A stretch of 63,723 bases of DNA, the filler included, from Bigelowiella natans CCMP2755 (taxonomy: Eukaryota; Protista; Cercozoa): NCBI GenBank assembly GCA_000320545.1. It is 4 parts of 4 records of this genome, joined end to end, with 100 filler letters (N's around TTAATTAATTAA, not from the genome) between each part and the next. Parts side by side here need not be neighbours in the genome. Positions count along the whole stretch, not along the records: positions 30,286 to 57,997 come from ADNK01000919.1; 3 more parts are not named here. The stretch is one strand, 5' to 3'. The notes beneath the pieces were generated by a model, which was not told the origin of the DNA, did no database searches, and saw only the letters and a program-made list of their open reading frames with translations. This document shows positions 37,846 through 52,095 of this stretch, one piece after another; positions within the stretch are counted from its first letter, which is position 1, and each line of letters starts with the position of its first letter. Position numbers and translations under genes: made by a program.

Positions 37846-39389
37846 GTGGTGATGTTGGTGGTGGAGGAGGGGGAGTGGCATCGTCATTCGTCTTCGCCGT
37901 GTTTCAATTGAAAAAATAGCGCTGTCACATCGTTGGTGGCCGTCGTCGTTGTCTAGTACTTTACACCTACTATTACTATTACCATTACTATTGCTACTAC
38001 TACTACTACTACTACGACTACTCCTACTTCTGCTACTGCTACCCATTTGGGGAGATATGCTTTGTATTCCTCTGCCGTGAATTCTATCACCCCACTGTGA
38101 TATAGTAGTATACATGCACACACAAACACGGAGATTAGATTGGTTGATGGAGAGGGGGAAAGGGAGGGAATTGGGGTGGGAGATCTATTTGTGAGCTGAT
38201 ATAATCGGCTTCTTCATGATGAAGATAAAGATGGTGATGGAGGGAGAGGAAGGCTCGTATCATCTCAATAGGATATTGGGTTCGTCGAATAAAAACCTAT
38301 GCGTTTTCTTCTCGTTGACAGGATTTCGAATCTGTATGATGAACAGCAACTTTCAACTTGTTCACGCAATATATGCAAAAGAAACGTAATGCTCGTCGGA
38401 ACAGCCAAGGAGAATAAATATCTCATCTTTTATTCTCGAGAATTCATGAGCAGATCCATATTTCGCTGCTACTTGTATGTCCGTATCGCAAACATGATAT
38501 TGATTTTCGGGATGGCGGCAGCACCATAGTCTTTAGCCAAACACAAAAACGATGAAAAGGGCTCTAAGATGTTCTAGGACAAAGATATGATCGATCCTAT
38601 AGCTCGATCGTTTCTTTTAGAAAAAATAATGGTTCGAAACTTTGAATTCGTTCCATTAAATTAATCGGCATTTTTCCTACTGTTGACTATGGAGAAAATG
38701 GCGTCTTTGTCGATTGACGCATTGTGCTAGCTAATCAAGGGGGTTTGCTCGGTCGCACCTCAAACGTCATCGGCAAATTTACATGGCGCAAGGAAACCTC
38801 CTCAAAGGCAGATTGAGGCAAGTATATTTTGTCGCTTTCCTCCATGCTCGGATTGGAATTCATGAAGTAAGAGAGAGGATATACCTTCGCCAGGCAGTAG
38901 AAGCAGCAAGAAACAGAAACAAGATTAGCAGGCTGCGGCAAAAATCAAATCTACAATAACACCCTTCCTCACGCTGTATGAAATCACGAAGCTACACTTC
39001 CCAGAACTTTCATTTAATTTCAGTATTACTCGAAATTGCTTTCGATACGGCTTCGATACATCGATGCTACGGCTGCGATGCTGGACTTCAAGCTGCCCCC
39101 GCTGTTAGTTAGTTAGTTAGTTAGTAGAGAGACACCGTCATCAACTTTTACAACATACATCGAGCCTCTTCCCAAAGGTTTTTCCTTCCCCCAAACCCTT
39201 CCTCTTCCAATTCAAGATGGAAATTTCACAGATACATCTGCTCAGCACTCTTACCGCTAGTCCAAACCATGCAGGCGTGTTTCTTGTCCGTCTTGGTAAG
39301 CGCACTCTTGAGCCTGGGGCAGGATTGTTCGCTGTCGCTCTGCTTCTCCGATTTGATCGGCGGGAGTTTCTGGTTCTCCGCGATGTCAT
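36352..39389 (-). CDS. UFD1: UFD1-like ubiquitin fusion degradation protein
   Basis: Exons VYPLSYF...EESDKIYLPQSAF...LPMTFEV, HSGVIEFTAEEYKAYLPKW|MMDNLG...LRKGK, FVVLQAH...DPKGALTNTLQRFTCLT, LDVHETRPDPKITVVDTD|IKVDFLPPKDY, and C-terminal GYSLGG. Start codon tentative. Confidence 0.88.
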
Positions 39390-39769
39390 AACGTGTTGAC
39401 CGTTCGCTCCTACCTTTCTTTTTAGACGCCTAAGTGGAACAACTTCAATTTCAAAAGCACTTCTTTGAGCCCAACAAGTGCAACGAGGACGATGACCGAC
39501 GCCCGATACGCGCAAGTATATGAGCTTAAGCACATTTATCAAAAATCCCCACACGCAATCAAATCAGAGAGGTTCTTCGGAAACCTTGCAGAGGAGGGGC
39601 GGGAACGACCACGAGGAGGAATCACAAGCGCGGTACACGAACGGATGTGATTTCCACATCGCGACAAGATTAAACAGCGGGAAAAGAGTAAGAAACCAAC
39701 CTCAAAAGAGGCACGCTTCTACTCGCCGGAAACATCGAAGAAAAATGGTCCATTTGGCTTGAATAAGCA

Positions 39770-40900
39770 GGGGGAACCGCTTGACTGCAGCCTGCGGCCC
39801 GCATCGCATGCAGCGTTGATGCTGAAGTGGTTGTTGGTGTTCTCGCAGTGCGCACGCATCGCAGTCTAGCAGTGGCACAGACACAGTTGCATGGGCAGAC
39901 AACAAGTGCAGGTCATCACATGAACACCACCACGATGCGCACTCACAAGCCTTCAAGTGCGTCGCCAAGTCGCCAACCCGCTAGCCCTGAACAGCCCGTG
40001 CCACTTTGAAGAGTGGAATCATGCGCAGAGGCTTCGATTGAGCTCAACCTCAGTTCCAACCGACGTCTGTTCATTGCCGAGTGAATTTGTTTGTCAAAGT
40101 TTGCGCGTTTGCCGCTGTTGTTGTGCTGCGCGTGCTGGCGTGGCGCAAACCGACCGTTGCATTGATTTCATTGGCCTGAATTGCGTTGTTGTGTCATTGC
40201 ATTGCTCGGAGCGCATCGATGGAGCGCACGTGCACGCATCGATCGCGCGTGCATCGCCGGGCATTGCTTGCTAGCTTGGCGTGCCAGCTGGGCTACGCTA
40301 GTGGGGCACAGTGGTGCAAACCATTCCAGCGCATTGATCGCAACAAAACAACTAGCTTCAATGACTGTTGTCATTTCTCAGATCGCACCATCACAGCGCC
40401 ATGCATCGTGCCTCCAGAGGCACAGATGGACAGCATGCTAGCATGGCCGATCAAGTTTCAAGCAAGGAGCATCGCCGCGCACTCACAATCTGTTTTTGTT
40501 GTGCATGACTTGGATCATGTTTTTTTGTCGTTCTGCTGATGGATGCGTCAATCCTAGCAATGGCCATGCATGCACATCATCGCAGCTCACATTTTGTTGT
40601 TGGAATTCATTGTGATGGTGTAACAATGATTTGAACCATGAAAAATTGTGCAGAAGACATCATCATTTTGCAAAAGACACAATGTACATCTAGACATCTA
40701 GATGTGACACACACACAATGCACAGCACATGGTTGTTGAATTATAGAATTGTTTGAACGATCAAATTCAAAAGTCCAGATTTCTACGGGTTGCTGTACAC
40801 ACAGAACAGAGGGTATGCTCTCTGTCCAGATCAAAACTAAATCAGCCGTGCGTCAGTCGCTCGTCGATCACAAATCCTCTAGCAACATGTGCATTAAATC
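39770..40900. other. TpA-depleted island E
   Basis: From ~39780 to ~40615 the only TAs are in CTAG plus one CTAC. TA returns gradually toward 40900. Confidence 0.88.
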
Positions 40901-40949
40901 GAGTCGTTCTCAGTGATTTTAGCCTCCTCTTCACGATTCTTTCCCCACC

Positions 40950-43900
40950 TCAATGTTGTCCTTTTCGAGGCAAAAACATCTTTTTAAGTGTGGGTTGAAT
41001 TTCTTCACAATTTAGGTCTATAGAGCTGATCGATGACTCCGAGAGATATTCCTCATGCTTCCTGGAGCCATTTCCATGTGCTTGATTTCTAATCGATTTC
41101 GGTGTGTTCAGACTATCGCTCGCACTAATCACACTATTCGCACTATCGGCCATGCCTAGCATTGGTGATCCTGAGCTTTTCAGAGATTTCAGCTCAATTG
41201 CAGGTAAATCATTCTGAAAGTTACTAGAGAGTAGAGAGGATCTGATTGGACTCAATATAAGGCCTGATCTGGATCTGAGAGGAGCCAATTTAGTGCCTGA
41301 TCTGGATGGTCCTATTCGACTATCAGAAGTTAGGGAGGAACTGTTTTTCTTGTCCTTCTTATATTCGTCCTTAGTTTCGCCCCTTTTCGTTGTATCAAAT
41401 GTTACAACGACATCAGCACTGGTAACGTGTGCCTTCCGGAGCTCCTCTTCTAGTTCATAGCCATCTTTGACCCGCAAACCGTTGATGTGGGTCATTTTCC
41501 AGCCGATCTGGATGCCCATTTTCCGACCAGCATCTGTCACAGAGGCAACGAGTCCTTTGCAATTTACCATACACGTCTCCGTATCACAGCTTAGAGTCAT
41601 TTCCTTCAATGCCGACGAGCGTATCTCCGTGACGTCGTCAGAGTACGGACACAAGCAGCAGCAACAGCAGAGGCATGGAGCAATCAAAATAGCCTCAATC
41701 GAGCATAAAATGAATATCCGTATCACGACGTCCTGCGGAAACGAAAGCAGTACTGCAGCGACAGCATTGAAGTTGGTATTCTGTGCGCGCCATGACAGTG
41801 AAATGAGTAAAAAGGAACAACCGAGAATCACAATTATTGTCACAATTGTTGCCATTGTATCTGTGGGCGTCCAATCGTCGTAACGGTTGGCCTTGCGACG
41901 CACAATCTGAAGGATGCTAGTTCGGGCTCGTGGAGGCGAATCTGCAACCCTTGAGGACGGGGTTCTAATCATGTGCAGTGATATCTTGCGTTCAAGTCTC
42001 ATCCTGCTGTTGTCATTCTTTCCATTCTCCTTTAGCTCAGCTCCCGCAACCAATCCCGCTTGGTTTCCAAGCAAGTTGCCGAAGTTCGTAGTTAGGTTAC
42101 GCCCAATTCGAACCTGGCGTTGTTTGTCGTCGTCATCGTCATCACTACCGTCTTCATTCTCTCGCCGCTGGTCATCATCATCGGCTGGGGGTAGGGAAAG
42201 AAAAGGAAGGGAGAAGAGAGGAGGAAAGAGATAATTAGCACATTCCATTGCGCCGATTAAACGAACACAGACACCGTGCTCTCCTTCACCGCATGGCCAG
42301 TAATACATGCACGTAAAGGATAAAGAGTTCATTTTAAGTGACTTCACAGCAATAAAGATTCAACATAAATCAACAGAGAGGTGGAAAATTAGTGCGTCGG
42401 GTACCATTATCATGGCCATCCTCGCCGCCGTCTTCCGCTAAGTTCAACTCTACATCCTCTGCAAGAACGAGAAGGCAAGGTAGAAAGACCGCCAAATTAG
42501 ATTGCTTAAAGGCAATTTGGAATCTTCCGGGGACTGGTCTGGCAAATATATATGCAAGCGCGAAGGGAACTGGGAATGCCAGTATGCATGCAAAGAGTCC
42601 GGATGCAACCGGGCCCCGTAGCCATAGCAGTTCTTGGTTTGTCCCCGCGAGAAGCGAGCAGACAACAGCAGCGTTCAGAATCAGCGCAACCAAGACTAAG
42701 AGACGCTTTCGCGAATTCATATAGTCTCCATTGTGGCGCTTGAGTACCGAAATCCACGGATGCTTCCGGCGGAGCGTCCATTTCCATGCCACTCTTAGGT
42801 TTGAGCAGCTTCGCTGGCCTTCACCGCGCAGAATTCTTACTTGGTTGAGCTTACGCCAGAAATCCAATTCGTTGTTCTCGCGGGCATTTTCGCCACGAAG
42901 ATCAACACTGGAGCCAATATTACTGGAACTGCTACTGCTACCGCTAACCCATCCATGAGAATTATTCACCGTTTGCGTATTACCCAGCGTTTCGATGCCC
43001 TCGCTGCTAACTTTATTATCGTAGTACCAAGCAATAGGGTAAAGGATCAGCATCACAGACAACAGGCAGAGCACGAGTGCAGACATGGCGTTCTGCGTGG
43101 GGTCTAGGGATTTATGTGTTGTAGCATCCTCTTCCCCAATCGTATTCACTCGGAGCCGAAATCGCATTCCGCTGGTGAATGCGGTCAAGTGCGAGCTCTC
43201 GCACACCACAACGGAGGCAGACGATGTGTTTGATAGTTTGAGGCCATCGTTAAGCCAGATCTTCTTTGATGGGTCCCAAAAGAGGCACTCAGGAACTTCC
43301 TCCGGCTCATCGATCAAGGGGCGGCTCGTCGCTGTTGATGCTAACGATGGCGACGTCCCGTTCTGCCCCAAGGGAATCTCAAATATAAATGGTCTCGAGG
43401 TGTTGGTGATCGGAATCTTTTTCCGAGACTCAGCGTCCTTGACCTGCGGGAGTGGAATAGCGTGTCAGTGGATCGTATGTATGATGTTTGAGCTGTGAAT
43501 ATTTCTGAGAATGTTTATTAGTGCATCCTCCCACCTTTTATATGTCTTCTTACTCTAATGTTTCAGGTGTTTATAGATACTACCACTGTCATCCTCCCCT
43601 CCCCCCCCCCCCCCCCACTCTCTCTCCCTATTCGCTAGCAATCGACACCACCTCAATTATCGTTAGCCCCCCTGTCTTAGAAGTCGAGTTTGGTCTCGGA
43701 AAGAGGGAAGAGCCCTTCAGGGAGATGATCCCCAACATAACGTCGCTGGTGATGCCATTACCTTCTAGGTCAGGGAACAACACTGAAACACCGCCCGTCG
43801 TACTGAGAGCACTCCCTGTGATACTAGCAGAGCTAAGTACCCTGGAGGATATGCGTAGGTTTGCCCCTCCTACCTCCTGCGCGTTTTCCCCGGGCACAGC

Positions 43901-46900
43901 GTTGGAGACCAAAAGAGAGCTGAGATTGGATAACACAGCTGCCATCCCGGCAGAGCTTTGCGAGGAGAGGGAAGAAGAGGATACCGCCGCAGGGGTCAGG
44001 GCTTTCGATGCAGACAACAGGTTCTCAACAGCGGTCGTAGCTGATGAAGCAATACCTCGTGCGGCTGAGCCTGACAATGAGGACGACAGCTTAGAGGGCA
44101 CCTTTGAGAGCACGCTCAAGGCCAGCTGCTCAAGGTCTTCGTCGAACTCCTCCGTATTCGAAACGTCAGTCATTTCATCGACGACGGTTACTGCTCCCAC
44201 GGTATCCAGCTCAACGAAATCGCCAGCGTCGAGAAGACTAAGAACTTTCTTACGCAATCCTCGCGCCTGAGAGGTATTGGAACGCCCTTCCTCTGACTTG
44301 AGGAAGCTTGAGGCACCCAGTGAACCGATAGCGAAACTTAGATAGTCACCTGAGTCCGCTGATAGCTCCAATGACGCGGCGATCTCCTCGCTACTGCTGC
44401 TCTCAGGCAATGTGATATTCACAGCAACGAAGACGTACGATTCGGCGCCAAGGTTATCGGAGATGATTGATCGGATAAGCGTGAGGTTAGAGTCGGGTGC
44501 CGGGGCCCGGGGCAACACGGTAGTTATGCTGTCCACCTTCTGAAACTGCGATAAATCAACGAACGTGCTGGTGCTGCTGTTTAGGTTGTTGCTGCTGTCT
44601 GTGGCTGTCGCCGAGATAGCTTGCGAGATTGCAAGGCGCTTCGTGAGTTGAAACTTATAGCTGAGCGGCAAATCGGCGTCCGTCCAGTCCCTGCACACGA
44701 GCCGAAATATCGTTTGCAGGTTCAAACCTGATGACGGCTCCGAGACGCACGCTCCCATACTGGGAGGCACGTTCGTTGCGAAAGTGATACTCGCGCTTCC
44801 AGCCTCTCCTGATGACGACAGTGACGACGCTGCCCAGACCTGTACCTTAAATGTATACGTGGATGCAGGCACGAGGGACCCAGGAGCAATAGAGAGGTAA
44901 CGATTCGCCGTGGATGTCTTCACAATTGTCTTGTCTTCGAGGTCCAGTCCGCACGACTCACAGCTCCACCTGAAGGTGTACGCATCGTCGACTGTGTTGG
45001 CGCTTGGCATTGTCACAGTACCCATTTGCTTAATCTTGGCCTCCAAATCAAGCCTTCCCGTAGGGTTGGCGAGCTTAACGCTGGCCGACTGCAAGGAGGA
45101 AGACAAAATAGTGACCTGAGGGACGACAGCTCCGACAACGATCAAGCGCTGTGATGTAAAGGCACGAGCCGTAGTAGCGTCGGGTCGATTTGAAGTCACA
45201 TTTAGCATGATAACATATGGGCTGAAGGTGGGGTCCAGATCTGCAGGGTCAATGAGAACGGACTCTCTTCCAGATGTCAGGGTAATGCGTACACGGTCGC
45301 TACGCACCAAGGTCCACGTGCGCACGATAAGGGAAGCGTTGGGATACGAAGGGTCGGCATTGCCAGAAGCGCTGTTACTTTCCACCAAGATCCCTGGTCT
45401 GCTGCTGCTGCTGCTGCTAGTCACCGAAACAATTCTCTCGGAACCGCCCACAATCTTCACCCGAAGTGGCTCCGCTTCAACGGTGACATTGAAGAGTTCG
45501 CTGGCCTCCCCTAGCACGTTGTCCTGAGTGCTTCCGGCACTAGTCCCCCTTGCAGCTTGAATAATTCTTGCTTTAAGCAGAAAGGAATACTGTGCGCCTG
45601 TCCGTAAGGTGTCAGGGGGCAGCACTAACGACTGGAGCGAGGGTCGGGGAATCTTCACAGGAGGGCCGGATACTTGGGTCCAGGTGGCACGCAATCGTAG
45701 CTTGTTGTTTACCGACAAAGCTGAGGAAGATGACGCCTGCGAACACTGCTGTTGCGCCTTCGATGGGATCGAGACCCTAGTTGGAATGACAAGCTGCCTG
45801 CTGCGGACGATGGAGAGCGAAGAGGGTCCAGGGAGGGATATTGCGGGAAGCAGCGTGCTGTTGCTCCGACGAATCCTCTGCTCTGCGACGTTCGATGAGG
45901 ATCCCAGCCAGTTGCTTGCATTCATCCTCACCACCAAAAAGCCATCAACAGGGATCGAGCTTGTTATATTTTTATCAATTAGGTAGGTAGCCTCCTTGGA
46001 GCGCTGTTGGTGTAGCACGGTCGTCGCTGGCCCATTGCCGCTGCCCCCGTCCTGCTCTAGTAGAAGGGTCCAGGAAAAAGTAACGGCTCTTCCTGCGTTC
46101 CCGGTAACAATTGCGTTCAGCTCTACCTTCGCCTCACACGCCCCAATGATTGAGGGACCAACAATTGCGGCAGTGACCAGGGGCAGATTTAGGGGGGGTT
46201 CCATTTTGACCGAGAAATCGGAAGGAATGAAGTAGCCAGGTAAGGCGTGCGGAGAAAAGACCCCGCCCAGTAATGTGAGCCGATCTCCTGCTGCCAATGT
46301 GAACCCCCGTCCAAGCACGAGCTCCAGCTGGTCTGGTTGCCGCCACACACATATGGGATCTTTACCGAGTTTCTGCACTGCCGCTGCGTCCATAAAAACG
46401 GCGCATGCCGATGCTCCTGCGCCCCCTTTCGGTTCGCGGGTGGTAGGTCTATCAAATACCACGCGCACGCTGGCCACGGAGTCATCAAGCCTGGCAGTAA
46501 CGACGTTGAGGCTGACTCTCGTCGGTGCATCCGTAGAGGGCGACATGCTGGGAGTCATCGTGAGCGGAGAGGCACTTGGCAAACTTGTCGGAGACCTACT
46601 CTTTGATGGGGCCTGCGTTTCTGGGGAGGCAGTTGACGGAGTGCTCGACGGGGCTCCTGTATGTGGGGACGCGCTAGTAGGCATCATCGTCTGGGGTGCC
46701 AACGATGGGGAGCTCGACGGGGCTCCTGTCTTTGGGGACGCGCTAGTAGGCATCATCGTCTGGGGTGTCAACGATGGGGAGCTCGACGGGGCTCCTGTCT
46801 TTGGGGACGCGCTAGTAGGCATCATCGTCTGGGGTGTCAACGATGGGGATACTGTGCTTGGTGTCATGGTTGGCATAGATGATGTCGGTGACATCGAAGG

Positions 46901-49873
46901 ACTGGTAGAGGTAGGGGCCCGTGAAGGACTCTGCGTCATCGGGGCTTTGGATGTCGGGGAGCGACTGGGGGCCTTGCTAGTTGGGGATCTCGACGTGGGG
47001 CTCTGTGAAGGACCCCAAGTCGTTGGGGCTTTGGATCGTGGAGAGGCAGTAGGAGCTTTTGAGGTTGGAACCAGTGTAGGACGACCGGTAGTTGGCGTAG
47101 AAGAGGGAGAGCAGGTCACCGTCGGGATCTTCGTTGTAGGGCTCTTTGTTACAGGCTGGTATATGAACATAACAAGAGTGAAACAATAAAAGCGCATGCG
47201 GCTCAACATAGAAAGATATTGAGATATGATGTTCGAGAACAACGATGTCGTCCTCGAAAACGAGAGTTCCAAAATAAATACATTCATCCATTCATACGCA
47301 TGTTAGCTATTCTCTTTATGTACCAGGTTGGCGGAAGAGAATTTGATGAAAAATACAAAGTTTTCGCATGAAAACTGCTCTACTCTGTAACAAACCTTAA
47401 AAGGTGTTGTGATAGTGGCTATCGCCTTTTTTGAAGAAACAGCTCGCAGGATACCCCATCTAGGTCGAAACATCCAATCGTGTTTACTAGTTTTATGATA
47501 TACTTTGAAAGCCAACCATCCATTCTGGAACAAGAGAACATCATAATCGTCATTTGCCAGTGCGGTGTCCACTCCAATCACGGTGCTGATAGGGTTTGCA
47601 CCCTTGTAATTAAACGAACGGTGATAACAGGAGCCGAAGACGTTGAGATTCTTATCAGATGTGGCGAAAAAGAATCGAGATGAACTTCGCAGGGTTCCAA
47701 TTCCTTTCCATCGTTCAGCTTTGTTCGCGTCCCGCAAGTATGTCCTACCCCAGGTGATGAGCGTTTTGTCTGACATGTGGGCTGCAAAGCTGGCTTCGGT
47801 AGCATAAACACCTTTTATATTTACGCCTTTCGAAACAAGCCACTCGATTCGACTCTTTACATCATCAGGCATTTTGGCTTCGCTGGTAGTGCGACCCCAA
47901 GTATGCAAGGTACCGTCAGCCATCAAAGCCGCGAACGCATTTTTGGTGTGAGCGAGACTTTTTACTTTTGTCGTTGCCAGGTATGTTTCGTTGGGCTTTA
48001 CCAAATATTTATTATAATATGTAGAGGTAGAGTGCAACCGTAGAGTGAGCGTATCATTTAATAGCTTAGCTGCGCATAAGACAGAATAAGAAATTCCTGT
48101 ACATTGTACTTCTTCGACTTCCCTATCGTAGATATACCACGAAAAGCGTGGACTAGCAAACTGGCCAAGACGGTTAATCGCCATTAAGTAATCGCTGAAA
48201 CCCCCACTGACATCCGAACCTCCATCAACTAATTGCTTTATTCCCGCTTTACTGAAATCCGACTTTAATGTGTAAGATTGGAAGTTGTAGCCCCAGAATC
48301 CTACAGTTCCGTCAGAGAAAATTGCGCCATAGTGTTTGCCTGATGGTGACTGCTGCGCATCAATCACGGGTAGTTCAGCGAATTTCTTCCGAACATCTGC
48401 CAATGCTGTGAATGTCCCAGCGTGGTAAAACCTCCCCCAGAAGTACACGTTTGACTTAACGTCTACGGCAATGAAACCCTTCTCGTCTCGAAATAAGCGT
48501 GCCACTGGTGCCTTGAAGGAAGGTTCATTCACACCGAAGTAGGTGTCGCCGTTCGTGCGGGAGGCTGCGAAATGATCTCCCCCCCACAGTGGAAATACTT
48601 TCTCAATCTTTTCGATGACGTTCGAGAGCTGATTGTAACCCCATTGCACCATTCTCCCATCTGACCTTAATGCGGCGAAGTTTTTGTTCGTAGCGTACAA
48701 GGACAACACATCAGATTTTAATAGATTGGCAACCTCGGATGTCACTGTTGCGTAAGAAGAACTTCCCCATGTAATGACTGAGCCGTTGGCAAACAAAGCA
48801 GCAGCGGCATGAAGAGTTGCCACCACCTGTACAACAGGCCCTAGATTTCTGGGGCATTTAGAATTCACGGCTTCATAATTATAACCGATGCATTCGATGT
48901 TCCCATCCATCGTAAGTGCAAAGAAAGACTTCGCAGAGGCCGCCACGACAGGTTGGAATCGAGTTTGAACGATTTTTCCCTGCACATCTAGGGGTGGTCT
49001 GTAAAATGATGATCCTCCTCCAAGATAGATCAAGCTATGGTTGCGCGTGAGTAGCAAGAAGGCACCAAAATATGGGGGTCTTTTCGCGCTGTCAAGGGAT
49101 ACTCTCAAAGTGAACACATCCTTCACTTTTACCTCATCAATGAGCGCCTGTACAGTACTGGCGTCTCCTCCATAAGAAGAAGAGCCCCATGTGACGACCA
49201 TCCCATCTTCCGAAAGAGCGAGAAAGGCCTCAGAAGAAGAATAAGCACCATTTGACTTAACGCTACGAATGTCGAGGTGACGCATCTTCTCCTTCGCTGC
49301 AGTAAATCCTGTGGTGGGAGGGGTGCTAAATCCGATGCTCCATGTGGTAGGGGGTCCCTTTCCTCTTGGGATGGCAAAGAAGGAGCTCCCCGAGCCAAAG
49401 ATGTCGCTATAATTAGCATTTCGCTCTTCACTGTTGAGTTGATTGAATGCCGATACTTGTCCCGCCCCCCCGAGTGCGTAAATTCGGCCCTCACCGTCCA
49501 GCGCCGCATATCCGCCATATCGTCCATCTGCTGCGACCACTTTGGGTGGTGCAAATCCTTTCTCTCGGCCCTGCCTCAACTCGGTGTAGTTCAGCTTATT
49601 CATGCTGCAGCTATATATATATTGAGTAGGGCCCAAGCAAACTGCAGTGTAGTCGTCTTTCAATATCAGGAAGCCGTACTTACTCGATTTGATGTCAATG
49701 ATCCTCCCGGCCAGCAAGTGCTTTATCGTAGAAGAGTCGCCCCCGTATCCAGGATCCCCCCAAGTTACCACCTTACCGTCTTTCTTCAGAGCCGCGTATG
49801 CACCTACGAAAGTTATTCAGGATCGTGTCTTATCTGAATACGGAATTCGTTGGAGGTAAGCCCTGCTTGATTA

Positions 49874-49920
<47 letters not shown>

Positions 49921-51341
49921 GATGGTGCAAATTAAAGACCCACTACGCTACCTACCATAGCTCGACACAATTTTGAGGGCGTGGGATGCGTTGGGGAATT
50001 CCAGGCCTCCGTATAGCACGTTGCCCCAGGCCTTTACTTCCCCGTCTGTGCAGAAAAGACAACGTTTTGATGAGATGAAGCTGCTTGACAGAACAAATTT
50101 GAGGAAGGATGGGGATAAAGGTGGAGAAGAGGAATGGGAGCAAGCAAAGCTCCGGAAGGTTGCAGAGAAACAAAATATCTGTATTCCATCTCTATCAGCT
50201 CTTACCTTTAGTCAGTGCAGCTATCGCTTCGGTAGAAGCTTCGATCTGCACGACACTGGATGCTCGCGCGGTTTCGTTATTCGGCCCTCCCCCGTAACGT
50301 ACGTCTCCCCATGTCTAAAACGATGTGTAAGAGCTAACAGTTACCACAACAGTAGATATTTACTTATCATTCAAGCAAAGCCCTCCTCCACCCCAACCCT
50401 CCCCGCCTCTCTTGCAGTTTTATGCGGAGCGAGCCTCTACGTTGACAGTTCCTCCGTTTGACTCGATTTTCCGCAAGTTGCTCTTATCCCCCACGTACAG
50501 CTGCAAGTGTGGGAAGCATAAGGTTTGATCAAAATTCGCCATAGGATCATGCTTCACGTCAAGAAAAAATATAAAATGGCCATGCTGAGAAAATGCGGTC
50601 GTTATTCAAGAGAGTACATCCGGGATGGATACAAAATATGTACTAATGCCCTTCCCAAGCTACCCCTTGAGTTCAGCATTACTTTGCTACGTGTGTGTTT
50701 TAATGAGCAAAAAACGTGGAAGGCGGCGTGTATGGTGGGTCATCCGATCAGGTACGTAAAGTTACCGTTGGTGCGATGGCGTCTTCATCAAGCACTAAAG
50801 ATCTTGGGGTCTGACAGTAGAAACCAAGACATAATTAAGTAAGCTACCGTAGATCATCACGGGAAAAACATGGTCAGAACCTCAGCAGTTTCACGTTGCA
50901 TACAGAGTTACTCTTAACCTCAAACCTTAACCTTAAAACCCTAACCCTCATTGTAGGCAAATTAGCGAACCTGAAATGCAGCGTCCCATCCCCACCCATC
51001 TATCACGATTGTATTGTCGCTGCCAGCAATTGAACGTAAACTTTTCTTCTCCATGTCTACTACACGCACGCGGGGCTGAGATAACATCGGATTAGGCAAA
51101 TAAGGCTCAGTAGACGGATCAAGATGAAGGTGAGCTGGAACTTCGTATAAGAATGCTTTCGTTGATATTTCTATTAAGTTTCTACGACGTAATGACGAGG
51201 ATTTTGGTTTTTATTTCCCCCCACGGCATAGCACTAGTCATGCCACAGACAAGTATTTCTGTATTTCCCAAAGTCTAACCTCAATATATCTGAAAGTTTG
51301 TCGGGAAAAACATGCTTCATATTATGTGGAAGTAAACTGCG

Positions 51342-51390
<49 letters not shown>

Positions 51391-52058
51391 AAAAATTGGG
51401 TCGCAAATTTGAAAAGAAGTACATAAGAAACGTCAAGAGATGACTCTCTGCCCTCTGAAAAGTATAGTTGGGTTCCGTCCCGAGAGAGTGTCATGCTTAT
51501 CGGATACGTGAGTCTTGCCACGTCAATATTTCCATCCGTCTGACAAAGGGAGGAGGCAACGCACATCAGCAACAACAGACCAGATCGTCATCATCTGGAT
51601 ATTATAGTGGTTCATAGATATTCGCTCGACGAATTAAAAATATGTATGCTCAGATCGAAACATTCTCTCCCCGAAGCCCTTAGCGAGGAGAGCAAGGCGA
51701 GATGGTATGGACAGTGACTGTGTGGAGTAAGATATAGGAGATATAGCGACCATTCCTGCCTTTCCAGCAAACCCTACGAGGGTTGTGACCTCCTGGCTGT
51801 ACAGGTCGAGCTTGCGTATACGATGCTAGAGAAATACGTCAAATTTCAAGGATGTGTATTGAATGATGAAAATGCCACCAAGATCATCATAGCTACAGCA
51901 TGTTGAGTCTCACTTTTTCGTGGCTTCGTTTCCCTTAAAAACTTTCTATCTAATTTCTTATTCTTCCCTTGAATATTCCACCTTGCATGATATGTATAGC
52001 AAGCCTCTGCGGGTTCTTCTGTCGAGAGCTATATACGATTACGGACGACGGAGACGGC

Positions 52059-52095
<37 letters not shown>

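Noticed and set aside
46275-47189. 304-aa plus-strand ORF (also 43521-44270)
   Set aside because: Antisense shadow of the mucin and REJ exons.
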